A stretch of 64,000 nt of DNA from Octopus sinensis (taxonomy: Eukaryota): positions 42,160,001-42,224,000 of the forward strand of contig NC_043001.1 of assembly GCF_006345805.1 (NCBI RefSeq), read 5' to 3'. A program made the position numbers and the translations under genes. Below, piece after piece: positions 25,150 through 38,500 of the stretch. Within the stretch, counting starts at the first letter, position 1; the number at the start of each line of letters is the position of its first letter. The notes beneath the pieces are model-generated. The model made no database searches. It was given only the letters and a program-made list of their open reading frames with translations, and was not told the DNA's origin.

Positions 25150-26750
25150 GAAGTTAAGAGTAGACAAATGACTTGTGTGAACTGTACAAGCCATGTATAG
25201 GAGGTGCTGTCAGAATTGTGAGTTAACAGTGGTACAGCAGCAAATTTTGCAGAGTCATCAGTGCTCAGTCCCCTTATGCATTAGTGCAGTGATTCTCAAC
25301 CGGGGTCTATATGGCCTTTGTGGGTCTATATAATATATTGTTGTTAAAATTCATCTGAAATTAAAATTGGTTATACTTCTATAATACATAAAATATTTTA
25401 ACAACTTTTTAATACAATTCCTAATCATATTTAATTACAAAAATATAATGATTTTTTTTAAACATCAAATGGCTAGGAGGGTTCATATAAGTATCAAAGG
25501 GGTCCATAGGTGAAAAATGGTTGAGAAACGCTGTATTAGAATCTTTGAGGTGATAACAAAAAAGTTTATGACTGGTTGCCTGTGGGAACTACTTTATGTT
25601 GATGACTTTGTTCTTATAACAAAATTTGTTGTAGAATTAGAAAAGAAATTGCTGATGTGGAAGCAAAATCTAAAATCAAAGAGATTTAGAATTAACTTAA
25701 AGACCAAAGTTCTAGTTAGCAGGAAAGTAAACTATTTATTTTGGTCAGGAAAATGGCTCTGCTTCTTATAGAGTAGGTGTAGGTAGAAATTCCATATGGT
25801 GTACCTAGCGCAAACTGTGGACATACATGAAGTGCAGTGGAATTACAGGAACATGAACAGAAAAAGTAGAATTTGTATGTGGCAAGTGTATAGGAGAAGT
25901 AAACACTAAGAGCACACAGGAAGTAAATTTTCTTGAATGTCCAAAAGGGCCCTAAAAGAAGTTGATAATTTTTATTATCTAGGTAACCTAATTAGTAGTG
26001 GAGGAGTATGTTTTGAAAGTGTAGCTGCTAGTATAAGAGCGGTTGGAAAATGTTCAGAGATCTCTTACTTTTGTTGGTAATAAAAGGCTTTTCTTTCTGA
26101 GAAAGGCAAATTGTATGACACATTTGTATGAACAGCAATGCTTCATGGAGTGAGATGTGAACCCAGAATGCAGAGGACATGCAAAGAGTAAAATGAAATG
26201 AAACTGGTATGTTCTTCTGGATGTGCAATGTCATTATGTATGTTCAATGAAGTGCAAATGTGTTGAAAGAAAAATTAAGTACAAAAGGAATCAGATGTAG
26301 TGTACAAGAGAGATGACTGCACTGGTATGGTTATGTGATGTGTATGAATGAAGAAATTATGATCACTAAATGTGTGTCTTTCCAGCTACTATACCCCCAC
26401 CAACCTTATATAATATGAAGTAGGTAAGCATCTCCTCTGCAGCAAGGCACCTATCTCTGTCTCTATCATCTCTGTCACCATCAACACCTGGCATAAAGCT
26501 GCTTCCCTCCCTACTGCACTTCCACTTAGTCAAGGGGTCTTTTTTGTCTTGTGGGCTACTTGGTGACCTCACCAGTGTTGGTGCCATGGAACAAGCACCC
26601 AGTACACTCAGAAAGGTGGTTGGCATTAGGAAGGGAATCAGCCACAGAAAACAGACACTGAAGCTCAGTCCTCCAGCTCTTTGGTTCGTGTGGAACTGTC
26701 CAACTATGTCAGTGTCAAAGATGTTAAATGGTGACAATGATGATGATATA
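25150..26750 (+). mobile_element. RTE LINE, RT C-terminal region plus tail, interrupted by a hAT MITE
   Basis: GCLWELLYVDD, RINLKTKVLV, Cys-rich segment, EVDNFYYLGN; (GAT)n tail at ~26735-26747. Confidence 0.8.
25287..25533. mobile_element. hAT-type MITE (247 bp)
   Basis: TIRs CAGTGATTCTCAACC / GGTTGAGAAACGCTG (13/15 match); degenerate 8-bp TSD CATTAGTG / TATTAGAA. Confidence 0.75.
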
Positions 26751-27114
26751 TATTGCCCAACCATTAAGTTCCACATGACAGCTTGTTCTACCAATTATAA
26801 ATTTTCTTTTTGATGCTTATATAAGATGGAAAGCTTCCTTAGAATGAAGTGCTGATGTGGTGAGCTACAGTAGTTAAAATTGTAAATGGAGCAACAGTTT
26901 ATTGATCAGGTAAACAAGTTTAAAAGCTGGTAGAGAGTGGTGACTAGATAAAGAGATTTAACATATAGAATAGAATTAGAGGTAGATAGAGGTGACAGAA
27001 CAATCAAGTGAGAAATAGGAATGCAAGGGTATTGTTTCTACTGAAATGGTCTAGATGAAAATAGCTGGAAAAATGTATTTGTATATTCTTAATGTGAGTT
27101 TACATATTTGTATT

Positions 27115-27752
27115 TTAGTCATATTGAAATGTTAAACGTTGTAAACAGTGACTTGGTAAAAGGGAAAAACCTCAACCACAACCAAGAAGGGAACTTCATG
27201 GGAAAAAGGTTCTTCTCTCTATCTGGTGGGATTGCAAAGGAGTAATTCACTTTGAATTGTTACCACTTAATGCAACAATCAATGCTCAAATCTACTGTCA
27301 GCAATTAGAGTGTTTGAACCAAGCTTTGAAGAAAAAAAAGACCCGCTTTAGTGAATCAAAAAGGAGTGATGTTTCATCAGGACAATGTGCGACCCCACAC
27401 TGCAAAGATCACATCACAGAAGATCTAGGAGCTTGGTTGGGAAAAAATTCTTCATCCACCTTATTCTCCCGACCTTGCTCCTTCAGACTACCATTTGTTT
27501 TGTAGTTTACAAAATCATTTGGGAGGCATAACTTTTGAAAGCCAGGAGGAGGTTGAAATCGACATTTCAGAGTTCTGTGCTTTGAAACCAAAAGAGTTTT
27601 ACATTGATGGGATTAAAAAGCTTGTAAATAGATGAAAGGAAGTCATAGATAATCAGGGAAAGTACATTGATGATTAAATTTCAATTAAATATAACATTTG
27701 ATCATTTGTTTTCTTTACTCAAAATTTGGACAGAACTTATGGGATGACCTGA
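27115..27752 (+). mobile_element. mariner (DD34D-type) transposon, 3' half
   Basis: KKVLLSIWWDCKG, FHQDNVRPH, HPPYSPDLAPSDYHLF; right TIR GGACAGAACTTATGGGATGACCTGA followed by TA; stops and a frameshift. Confidence 0.92.
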
Positions 27753-28506
27753 TAGATAAGTAGCTGCCCAGCCTAGAGAGACTCTCTGGTCTCTGAGCTA
27801 TACACCTTGTCAAGTGTATGTTCTTTATGAATATACCAGCATAAATATTTATATTCATCCATACATGCATGTATTAATATGAAAACGTGCATATGTGTGT
27901 ATAATATGTATCATTATTGGGCAACAATCTGAAAAAGGAGCACCCAGTACAAATGTATAGCGCAGTAGTATATTTAAGTTGATGTTGAGGCTTGTGAGTT
28001 TGGGAGCTTCCATGGTGTGCAGCTGCTGCTTTAGACAAGTCAGACTGGGTCCAGTTTGATTTGTCCCAAAAGTACACTATGGAAACTTCAGAGTAACAGG
28101 CTACAGAGTTAGCTTAAATGAACCACACACCCATATTAATTATCAAACTTTTACAAGATTTGTTGTAATGGTGACATTGAAGTTTCAGCCTACTAGCCTT
28201 CATCAGATGGTATGATGAAAGCCAACATGCTGAATTTTCTAAGTCATTGTCATCCTTCTTCTGATAAAAGTTTAATAAGTATGTACTTTACTAAAAAGTA
28301 TTGAGGACTCTTCAGTTTAATGTGAAATTGTTTTTATATGAAACTTGACATAAAAGCAAACAGTAAATATATATGTGTATATAATTTTAATTAATAACAA
28401 GCAATACATGTTTATTATCTATTCTATTGTATTTAAACATTTTACACTATATTCTTCACATGAAGTATCCCAATGCTGACAGAGGTGATGAAAAGATATG
28501 AATAAT

Positions 28507-28587
<81 letters not shown>

Positions 28588-28923
28588 CATACATACTGAT
28601 AAAATATATTTTACCATTGGATATTCATATTTAACAACAATTGTTTCACAGCTTAATAAATAATTTATTTTATTATATTTTATAAATAAATTACTAACAC
28701 TCTATACACACATACATACACATGCATACAGTTTTTATGTTTATCTTTTGTATTGAACTCTATATTCTATGTGTTTTGTAGAATGATGTATTAAGGAGCT
28801 TTTTAATAAGTGACACCAGATTAGTTGAATCCTTATATTGTGACTAAATTTATATATATTTAGTTCATATCTTTTTACATCCAAGCATGAGATAGGCAAA
28901 TATACTATTGAGGAAATTTTTAT

Positions 28924-28960
<37 letters not shown>

Positions 28961-29853
28961 CTTTTAATTTAAAAATTCAATATTGACATTATATTAGTAA
29001 TTTGCTGAGGATATTTGGTTGATTTTGCCTTCCTCATTTATATTTTCTATATTACCGAAATAAATGTCTGTTCAGTCAGATGTTATTTTTAATCCTTGAA
29101 TGAAAATACCGTGCTTTGTGTTTGTTTGCGTGTGTGAGTCAGATTAAAACTGTTTTATTCCACAATGTACTATAAATATCTTGTGCTGCTTTCATATTCT
29201 GATTTTATTTATCTTATGAGCATAACATTTGTCCAAGACTTATCTTGAAGGTACTTGCTATTTTGTGGTCTAAGCATAGATTTTCTTTAGAAGCTAATGT
29301 TTGTTTTGTATTATTTCTTTTTTATACTTGAAGAGTTGAATAAAATTTCATGTGGTTTTACTATATTTTTTCCTCTTACATTTCATATGAGAATTATTTT
29401 ATTTTCAACTTTATGTACTGATGTCTGCCAATTGATAATTATTATGTGCACACAAAACACAAGAATCAAAATATATTTTTAAAAGTTTGTATGTATTATC
29501 ATTTTGATTCTTGCTTTTCACCATTCACATGATAATTAATCATCAATTTGGCAGACATGAACATGCTACAGCAAATATTTTGTTTACTGAATTCCATAAA
29601 GAAGAGCCACCACAATTGATCAGGAGGTAGCTTTAACTGAAGAAACAAAACTAGGTAGAAATATTGGTGTCTCAAATTTCCCTGATGTCAATGAATCATG
29701 TGTATTTTCTATACACATCTGAAAGGAGGTGTTCTCTGAAGGTGATATACTACAGTGATTAAGATATTCACATTCAAATCTGGTGGAATGTATTGGGCAT
29801 TGTTTTAATTCTTTGTTATAATAATAAATGTTTTTTTTATATATATTGTTGAA

Positions 29854-29885
<32 letters not shown>

Positions 29886-30689
29886 TCAGTGAAACACATC
29901 CTCATGCTGTTTATTTTTAGTTCATGTAACATATATTAAATATATAAGACTATATTCTGCAATGAGCACTTAATTTAAAACAGTGAGGTGTGATTTGAGG
30001 GAAACTGCCTGCTATTTTTAACAAGTTGAGTAACCATCATCATCATTTAATGCACACTTTCCATGCTGGCATGGGTTGAACAGTTTGACAGGAGCTGGCT
30101 AAGCAGAAGATTGTGCCATACTCACTGTCTGTTTTGGCAATCACTTTACTAAAAGAAATACAAAGCAAATTTGAAAGGGGCATATAAACTAGTCCATAAA
30201 AGTGCAGCTGCTCTAATGTCAACATTGTAGAACTCATAGTTGTGCATTGGGTTGTTTGTTGTATAGATTTGTTCAGATTATTATCGCTGTTTTGCCAATC
30301 ACTCTACAGTGTGGACTGGACCACATATTAAATTTTTTTTAAACATTAAGCATATATATTTATACAAACTGTCAGTATCTTTCTGCCACTATTTTAGCAT
30401 CCATTACTTTCTTGAATTATTTACATCATAAAGACTTTACTTATTTATTAGAAATATGGGAACTTATAAAATAGTAAAATATGAAAGGAAAACTGAAAAA
30501 TTAGTAACATAATTTTGAAACAATTATAAGAAGAAAAAAAAAATGAAATAAATGGTGAAATATTAGTTCTTTGATACTCTCTTCTTGCTATACATGACTA
30601 CTATTGCCTGCATTTCTTCAAAATTGTAATTAATGTAAAAATAGTTTATAAACAGAGAAAGAAGTAATAGAGGAGGTGATTGCAGTGAA

Positions 30690-32500
30690 TGAGAGTTGTA
30701 GAGAATGAGATGTGAATTTCAGCATGAGAGTAAGAGTCCATCAAGACTTAGTCCTCAGCATCTATTCATCATTGTCCTACAGGCTATCACAGAGGAGGTT
30801 AAGACTAGCTCTCATATGGAAACTTTTAGATGTTGATCTAATTCTCATAGCTGAATTTATAGTGGAATTAGAGAGGAAATTCCAGACATTAAAGTTAAGT
30901 TTAGAATTGAGAGGCCTCAAGATAAACATAGCAAAGACCATGGTTTTAGTATATAGGAAAGAATACAAGATCTTGGTATCTTCAGGGAAATGGCCTTGCT
31001 CAAAATGCAGAAAAAGGAAGTAGGCATAAACTCCATATACTGTATCCAGTATAAGCAATGGCTACACAAAGTGTACTGAATTCACTAGTAAACTAACAAA
31101 GAAAGAAAACGTATGTGACAGCTGCACTGGAGCAATATGTACTGTGAGTACACTGGAAATAAATTTTCTTAAATGTCCAGCTGGCTCACTAGAAACAGTC
31201 AATAGCTTTTGTTACCTAGGAAATATAATGAGCAGTGGAGCTGGTTACTCTGAAAGCATAATGACCAGGGTTAGAACAGATTGTAGAAAGTTCATGGAAC
31301 TTCTACCATTTCAGAATGAAAGGCAGGTTATATAACATTTGTGCTAGACCTGTAATGTTACATGATAGTGAGATGGACCTTGAATGCAAAAGATTTGCAC
31401 AGGCTAGAAAAAAAAATGAAGCTTGCATGCTCTGATAGTTGTGCAGTAATTGTGTGCGTGAATGGCAGAGTACAGATAAGCTAAGAAAAAAACTGAGTAT
31501 TAGAGTATAGTGTGCAAGAGAAAAGGCTGTGCTGGTACAGGCATATGATACTTATGAAGGGTGACTGCTGCATACAAAAGTGGCAAGCTCTCCAAATTAG
31601 TGGGACCTGCAGAGGAGGGAGACCAAGGAAGACTTGGGTCAAAGTGGTGAAGACCAATCTGAAGATGCTACATCTCACAGAGGAGATGACAAAGCACTGT
31701 CTTGACCAGCAATGTGGTGCTACAGAAAACACTTCCACCTATGGAAGATCATACCTTAACACAAAGCTAGTGATTAAGGTGTAGTACATCATTTTACATC
31801 TCCCACTCCAGGACCATCCCTTTATCACTCACAGCACACTGTCTCCTGAGTTAACTCTATTACCATCCAGCACCTTTTTTATTTCACTACTTGCACTTAC
31901 ACCTCTAAAATGTTCTCTAGTCTCTTTCCTTTGCAGCACCTTTTCACTGTTCCCCTACCCCTTCCCTTCCTCTCAACTGCATCCTCATCAACAATACTTT
32001 TGTGGTATTCACTCTTCTAGGGGGGGGGGTTGTCTTATTTCTTTGATACATTCCAACAGCTCACCCTTCTCCTCTGTCTTCTTATCTTTCACAGCCTTTT
32101 CCTTTACAGCTTTTTTGCCTTCTCAACACTTCTCTTTTCCCTCTGACCTGCCTGCATTAGCCCTCACACCTCTCTTTCTTTCAATGACTGACTTAGGATT
32201 CCTCTCCACCTAAATCTATTACATCCCCTCCCCTTCTCTAACATCTTCTGTCCACACTCATCTTTATTATGTTAGATGGATGTCTTTCCCCATGTCATTG
32301 CATTGACAATCCTTGTCTATCTCCCTGAAACAAAGTACCTAGCAGTGATTTGACATGTAAAAATATGAAATAAATACCTTACTTGTTTATAAAACAAATA
32401 AGGAATGGTGTCATGAAGGGCATCTTCTTATAGAATACTGCCTCATGGAATCTTGTCCAACATATGACATCATAGAAAAAGCAAAGCAGACATACAAATG
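30690..32500 (+). mobile_element. RTE LINE, degenerate ORF2 3' part plus 3' UTR
   Basis: VRVHQDLVLS, GLKINIAKTMVL, SGKWPCSKC, LETVNSFCYLG, RLCWYRHM, GGRPRKTWVKVV; CT-rich UTR and a decayed tail. Confidence 0.8.
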
Positions 32501-33847
32501 AAATAACACACACACACACACACACTTCTACTTAATTGCATAACTTTTGAAAATATTGAGCTACTCAGCATCAAATCTATATAAAATTGACCACTTAGTT
32601 ACATTGTATTGCATAATATTAAAATTGAGCATTTATTTGATTTAATTTGATTTGAAGAAAGAGATTCTGTTTTCATGACAAGTTAAAATGACAGGATTTC
32701 ATAAAAGATGTTTTCTACTTTTGAAGCAGAAAGAATGTTTGAAAGTTTAAAAGTGACTTAGAATTGAGTGTGGTATCATTTATCTGTTCTGTATATAATT
32801 TTGTTATTAATAGTTGTTAGAATCTAAAAGAATTAAGAGGAATGTATGAGAGCATAATAGAGGGAATTCATTTTTAGTTTAAAACATTTCTTTGCCCTAT
32901 ATGTGTTTATTAATTGTAGCAAACTTCTTTGTTAGTTTCTAAAATTAGAGTTTATGTTACTCTTGGGAAAGAAAATTGTTAGTGGTTCTGATTCTTTCAC
33001 AGCTTTTCATTGATGGTTGCTATAAAGCTGTTTTGTGTTGAATTAGAAAATTGTTTATAATTATCCCTCTGACCTGACAGGATCTGATGGGATTTTTTTG
33101 TCTTTTGATTTTTAGTAGACAAGCTATACAGCTTTTTGATGACATAAGAGTGAATGAAGCTTTACTTAAATTTAGTTGCTTGGATGCTGTCTGTGCTTGT
33201 AAATTTTTATAGTGAGCTAAGAAAATGAAAATTTGATGAATTTGTAGCTAATGGAATTAAGAGGTGAATAGCGAGGTAACTGAAAAATATGAACTTGTTT
33301 ATGTTGAGATGAGTTGTAAGTAGATTGGGTGCTAAACATAGCAAATTGTGATGTGTAAAAGAACTGCTAATAGAGTAGCATAAGATATAAATGTCTCAAG
33401 ACGGTGAAGATACATTTGGCAAAGAAGATGATGCATGATTGCAGTTGGCAATATAATGAGTGAGAATGTTTTTTTTTTTTTATTTTGTCTCACATATATG
33501 CTGAATATATTTTTGTGAGGGTTATGATAGAAACTTATTTGTTGCCAGTGTTAATCTGTATAAAACTGGTAAAGGTCCAAATAGTTGACATTTTGGACTA
33601 TTAAAGAATTTGAGGTTTTTGAAAGACTTTAGCCTATTTAGCTTGTAATCAGAGAAGTAGGGATGAAAAATAGTAAATATTGTTAAGTAAGAAAGATGTC
33701 ATTTGGGGATGCTGAAAAAGATTTGCTTTTTAACTCAATAGGGAGCCTTAAGGAATGTTAAATGTGAAATTTTCACTAAAATTATCTTCAAGAATGGAGT
33801 TTTAGAAATAAATTTTAATGTTGGCTATGAGAAAATCAAACAGGTGA

Positions 33848-33893
<46 letters not shown>

Positions 33894-34212
33894 CTAATAT
33901 GCACCTACATGTAAAATGCACCCCAAATTATGCACCCTCACACACCTAGTATCTTGTGTATAATATACACTGACATTTTTTTAATATTATGAAATATGGA
34001 AAAAGGAGTATTTAGTCAGATTTATTATAACTACTGTGTAAAATGCATTGAAAATGTTTAGGTATCCTAAAAGAAATACAAAGCAAATTTGAAAGGGGCA
34101 TTTAAACTTTGCTGGGTAGTTCATAAAAGTGCAGCTGTTCTAATGTCAACATTGTAGAACTCCTAGTTGTGCATTGGGTTGTTTGTTGTATAGATTAGTT
34201 CAGATTATTATC

Positions 34213-35600
34213 ATTCAGTTGTCTTATTTCTATCACGTTTTCATTGCACTACAGACCATAGCTCTGTGCTCTCTAGGTACATGCTGTGATTTGTTTTGGT
34301 GCTGTTACTGTATTGAAACTGCTTTACATAGGATATGTGGTGCCTAGTAGTGCTATTTTCTGCATGTTATATATATATATATTCATAAGCCTTGGTGTTT
34401 TGGTTATGTATTTGTCATCGTCGTCATCATCGTTTAACTTCCGTTTTCCATGCGGGCATGGGTTGGACAGTTCGACTGGGGTCTAGGAAGCTAGGAGGCT
34501 GCACCAGGCCCCAATCTGTGTTTCTACAGCTGGATGCCCTTCCTAACGCCAACCACTCCGAGAGTGCAGTAGGTGCTTTTTACATGCCACTGGCACAGGG
34601 GCCAGAGGAGCTGGCATCGACCACATTCGGATGGTGCTTTTTACATGCTACTGGCACGGGGATCACAACTACAATTTCCATTTGATTTGATTTTGACATT
34701 GCTGTTGATGTACTTGACTCAATAGGTCTCCTCAAGCACAGTATATTGCCCTACAATCCAAGGTACTTTTGAGTGTGCTGGTTATGTGACATTAGTCTTC
34801 TCAGTCACAGCATACCTCCAGAGGTTTTGCTCTTTTGTTATTGCCTCTGTGAGGCCTAACATTTGAAGGTCATGCTTCACCACCTCATCCTATGTCTTCC
34901 TGGGTCTCCCTGTACCCTGGATTCCTTCCACTGTTTGGGAGTGGCACTTCTTCACACAGCTCTCCTTGTCCATCCGCAGTACATGATCATACCAACACAA
35001 ACGTCTCTCTTGTATGCCACATCCATGCTTCTTATATCTAATATTTCTCGCACATGTTATTATAAGGGTTGCTTCCATTTTTAGGTTCTGCATTCAAGTT
35101 ATCTCTGTTTCCAGATCCTTGTATTTCAAGAGTTTCTCCATTTCTTTTAGAGATACATTGTTATCTGTTGGGATTAATACATTGATTAGAAGGCACATTT
35201 TTTTCTTTTTTTTTTTTCCTTGATGGTCTCTGACAACTGGTCTATTAACCTTGATTTCTCTATCTGTGTGTATTGACATATCCCAGAATATGTTTGCTTT
35301 GTCATTTTCTGAGACCTTTTCTGGAGTATACCTATACCATCTTTTTTCTGTTGTCATTCCATAATGTTGGCATAGCTTCCAATGTATATAGGTCCCAACA
35401 CTTGGATATATTCCTTCTTAGTCAAGACTGAGCAGCCAGAGACAATATGATTTATTGTTTTATCACCATCACCACATATTCTGCAGTTAATTGTTGTATT
35501 TTTCTTGATTATGTGCTTCTGGTGAGGAGGCTTCAAAGCTGCAATTAAAAATCTTTCAGTCTCTGCTTTGAGTTCTAAGCTTCTCAGCCATTGTTAGGAT
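34213..35600 (-). mobile_element. R4/Dong-like (RLE-type) non-LTR retrotransposon copy A, C-terminus, interrupted by an RTE
   Basis: CRICGDGDKTINHIVSGC zinc knuckle, IFWDMSIHTD..NRP..CLLINVLIP (RLE domain), MQKIALLGT C-terminus. Confidence 0.8.
34422..35070 (-). mobile_element. 5'-truncated RTE LINE nested in Dong-like copy A
   Basis: RRLCWYDHVLRM..GRPRKT, followed by the 3' UTR subrepeats and (GAT)n tail. Confidence 0.8.
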
Positions 35601-35623
35601 TTTATACTTTATTATTATTATTA

Positions 35624-35649
<26 letters not shown>

Positions 35650-35654
<5 letters not shown>

Positions 35655-37784
35655 TAGTCTTATTTCTATAACATGCTTTCACTGCACTACCATGCACAGC
35701 TCTGTGTGCCTTGGGTATGTGCCGTGGTTTGTCATGATGCTCTTACAGTTACTGTATTGACAGTGTTTTATGTAGCATGTGTGTGGTGCTATTTTCTGTA
35801 TGTTATATATATTTGTTAGCCCTGATGTTTTTGTTTTGTATTCGTCTGAATATTTTATCATTATTATTATTATTCCTCCATAACACAGTGTAGGTAAAAA
35901 TGCACCAGAGTCTTTAGTCATCTGTCAAGTCACAACAAGGACCTCAAACAGATACATTATTATTATTGTTTGATGAAAACTCTCAGCTTATTTTGCTGAG
36001 TACAGTCAGCAGACTAAGGTGACACTTCTTTACTGGTCATGCTTCAAGAACCCTGCAAAAAATTCTTGCAGCTCCAAGCAATGCTGATTTTTGTATGAGT
36101 TCTACCTTTACATTTTTACCACACTTTTTGAGCCAATTTGGTAGTTGAGTACTGATACTTCCAAGTGCACCAATTACTGTTGACAGAGTTTATCATAACC
36201 TCCTCCAAGTTAACTGAACTTAAATCACTCAATAATAGATCGATCAAAAACGTTGATGACTTCAAATATCTTGGATCACACATAGTAGACTTTCAAAAGG
36301 TCTTTCGTATCCACAAAGCTCTTGCTTGGGATGCATATAACAGACTTTTCTCTATTAGGTAATTCTATTCCTGCTAGGGACTGTACCATGCCTCTTTTCA
36401 GGTACATTATATAACACATCTTGAGTTTGAATTCCATTCTAAAACAGTAGACCGTGTTCACCAAAGAACTCACTTGTTCCATACATCTTCAAATCCTCCG
36501 TGAAGAGGAGGTGGTCGATTGTTTGAGATTTTCCCTTTAGCTGATATCCCAAATTCATTTTCCTAAGTACCAAGGTCAGAGGGATCATGCAGAGAACAAA
36601 AGGCAATGGAGATAAGCTATCACTTTGGAAAATCCCTCTCCTGATGCCCAGGGTGCCTAATCTATTTCTGTAGGATGTCAACTCAGTTTTCCACCCCACC
36701 ATACTTCTCTTCAGAAAACCCCATTATATTCCTTGCAATTCCAAACAAATCTAAGTTCTCGATGATCCATGAATGTGAAATCCTATCATAAGCTTTTGCA
36801 ATAGTCAATCCAGGCCATTCCCAAATTTGTTCTCCTTCATTTTCAATCTTACACTACCATTTTGTCTCTCAATAATTGGTCTTCAGTACCACTGCATTTC
36901 CTCCTACAACCTCTTTGTTCTGTTAGTACTATATTGTTTTCATCAAAAAATTTGTGCAGTTCTACAATTCCTCCTAACAGTAACTTCCACATTAATGGGC
37001 GGCAAGAAATTGCTGGGGATAAGAAGCTGATTGCTTTAGGCTGCAGAGCCATTCAGCTGCAGTATTATGTTCTTGCTTTCTTCATATCATACCCCAGAAC
37101 TGTTGACTTTCATCAGCATCAGGAATTAATCTTTTAATCTTTCATGCTCTATATCATCATTAATTTCTTGATAAAATCTTTTTTGGTTGATTTTTAAACA
37201 ATTGGTTTTACCAGTATTGTTCAATCCATTGTTCAAACCTAGTTAGCTTTGCTTTTGTGGCAAATATGTGTTGCTTCAGTTCTTCAACAACAATATTCAG
37301 ACCTTTTGTATCCACACCTTACTTCTTCCTCACTTTTTCAAATTTGTGATCATTCATCAATTCTCCTTTTCTTTTCTCTTCCTGACAAGCATTGACACTA
37401 CAGTGTTCAGGGAGTTTATATCTTCTGAAATTCTCCTTTTCCACCAAGGTTGTTTATTTCCTCTTCTATCCATTGATGTTCTATTCTCAATAGTTCTCAA
37501 TTTCATCCTTTCTGCTACAATCCTATTTGCAGCCTTGATGAGATTATTTGTTTTGTGTGATGTTCTTTATTTCAAGGTGTCCCAATACATTATTGACTTT
37601 ACTTGTCTCTTGATTTAATTTCCATTGGTAAGCCTTCATAAAGTCACACATAAATTCTGTCTCTTTTGTATTTAATTGATCCAAAATCCTGTTTGTTATT
37701 AATTGGTCTTCATTGTTTAAATAGTCACTGATCTCGATTCTTTCACAATCCATGGTAGTATATTCTTGCGAACAATTGTCCATG

Positions 37785-37790
<6 letters not shown>
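35650..37790 (-). mobile_element. R4/Dong-like retrotransposon copy B (N-terminus, RT, 3' end; internally deleted)
   Basis: KGLNIVVEELKQ, EQRGCRRKCSGTEDQLL, GMAWIDY, IRRGIFQSDSLSPLPFVLCMIPL, HLLFTEDLKMY; 3' end homologous to 34240-34420; flanked by (TAA)n. Confidence 0.85.
36190..36360 (+). mobile_element. RTE-type RT fragment
   Basis: IKNVDDFKYLGSHI...RIHKALAWDAYNRL. Confidence 0.6.
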
Positions 37791-37812
<22 letters not shown>

Positions 37813-37817
<5 letters not shown>

Positions 37818-38238
37818 ATATAAAGGATTGAGGTAACTCCTCCTGAAGATATAGAGACAAAATTAAAAGAAGAGTGCCATTGTTATCTATTGAATGATAT
37901 TTCGACATCTTGTGTGTCTTCAACTGGTTCAAAAAATAAATTTGTCAATCTAATTCATTTTGGTTAATATATAAAGGATTGAGGTAACTCCTCCTGAATA
38001 TATAGAATCAAAATTAAAAGAGTGCCATTGTTATCTAGTAAACGATATTTCAACATCTTGTGTGTCTTCAACTGGTTCAAAAAATAAACTTATCTAGTGA
38101 ACAATGGCACTCTTCTCTTAATTTTGACTCTATATCTTCAGGAGTTACTTCAATCCTTTATATATTAACCGAAATGAAGTAGATTGACAAATTTATTTTT
38201 TGAACCAGTAACAATGGCACTCTTTAATTTTGACTTTA
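37813..38238. repeat. 151-bp unit: tandem pair plus inverted copy (foldback)
   Basis: Direct units at 37813 and 37964; an inverted copy at 38090-38209; a partial inverted copy at 38210-38238. Confidence 0.9.
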
Positions 38239-38285
38239 TTATTACTATTATTATTATTATTATTATCATTTTCATCATTATTATT

Positions 38286-38500
38286 AAGGCAGTGAGCTGG
38301 CAGAGTCATTAGCATGCTGGGCGAAATGCTTAGCTGTATTTCATTTGCTGCTACATTCTGAGTTCAAACTTTACCGAAATCAACTTTGCCATTCATCCTT
38401 TCGGGGTCAATAAATCAAGTACCAGTGAAACACTGGGGTCAATGTAATCAACTAGTCCTCTCCCCACAAAATTTCAGGCCTTGTGCCTATAGTAGAAAGG
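38286..38500 (+). mobile_element. tRNA-derived SINE family 2
   Basis: AGCTGGCAGAGTCATTAG A-box-like and GAGTTCAAAC B-box-like motifs; a second copy lies at 57610-57830. Confidence 0.75.

Noticed and set aside
29555-29626. Exon-like segment HEHATANILFTEFHKEEPPQLIR
   Set aside because: Weak acceptor, no homology, and it does not fit PEX19.
32700-33800. Faint LINE RT-like words on the minus strand
   Set aside because: Too degenerate to call by eye.
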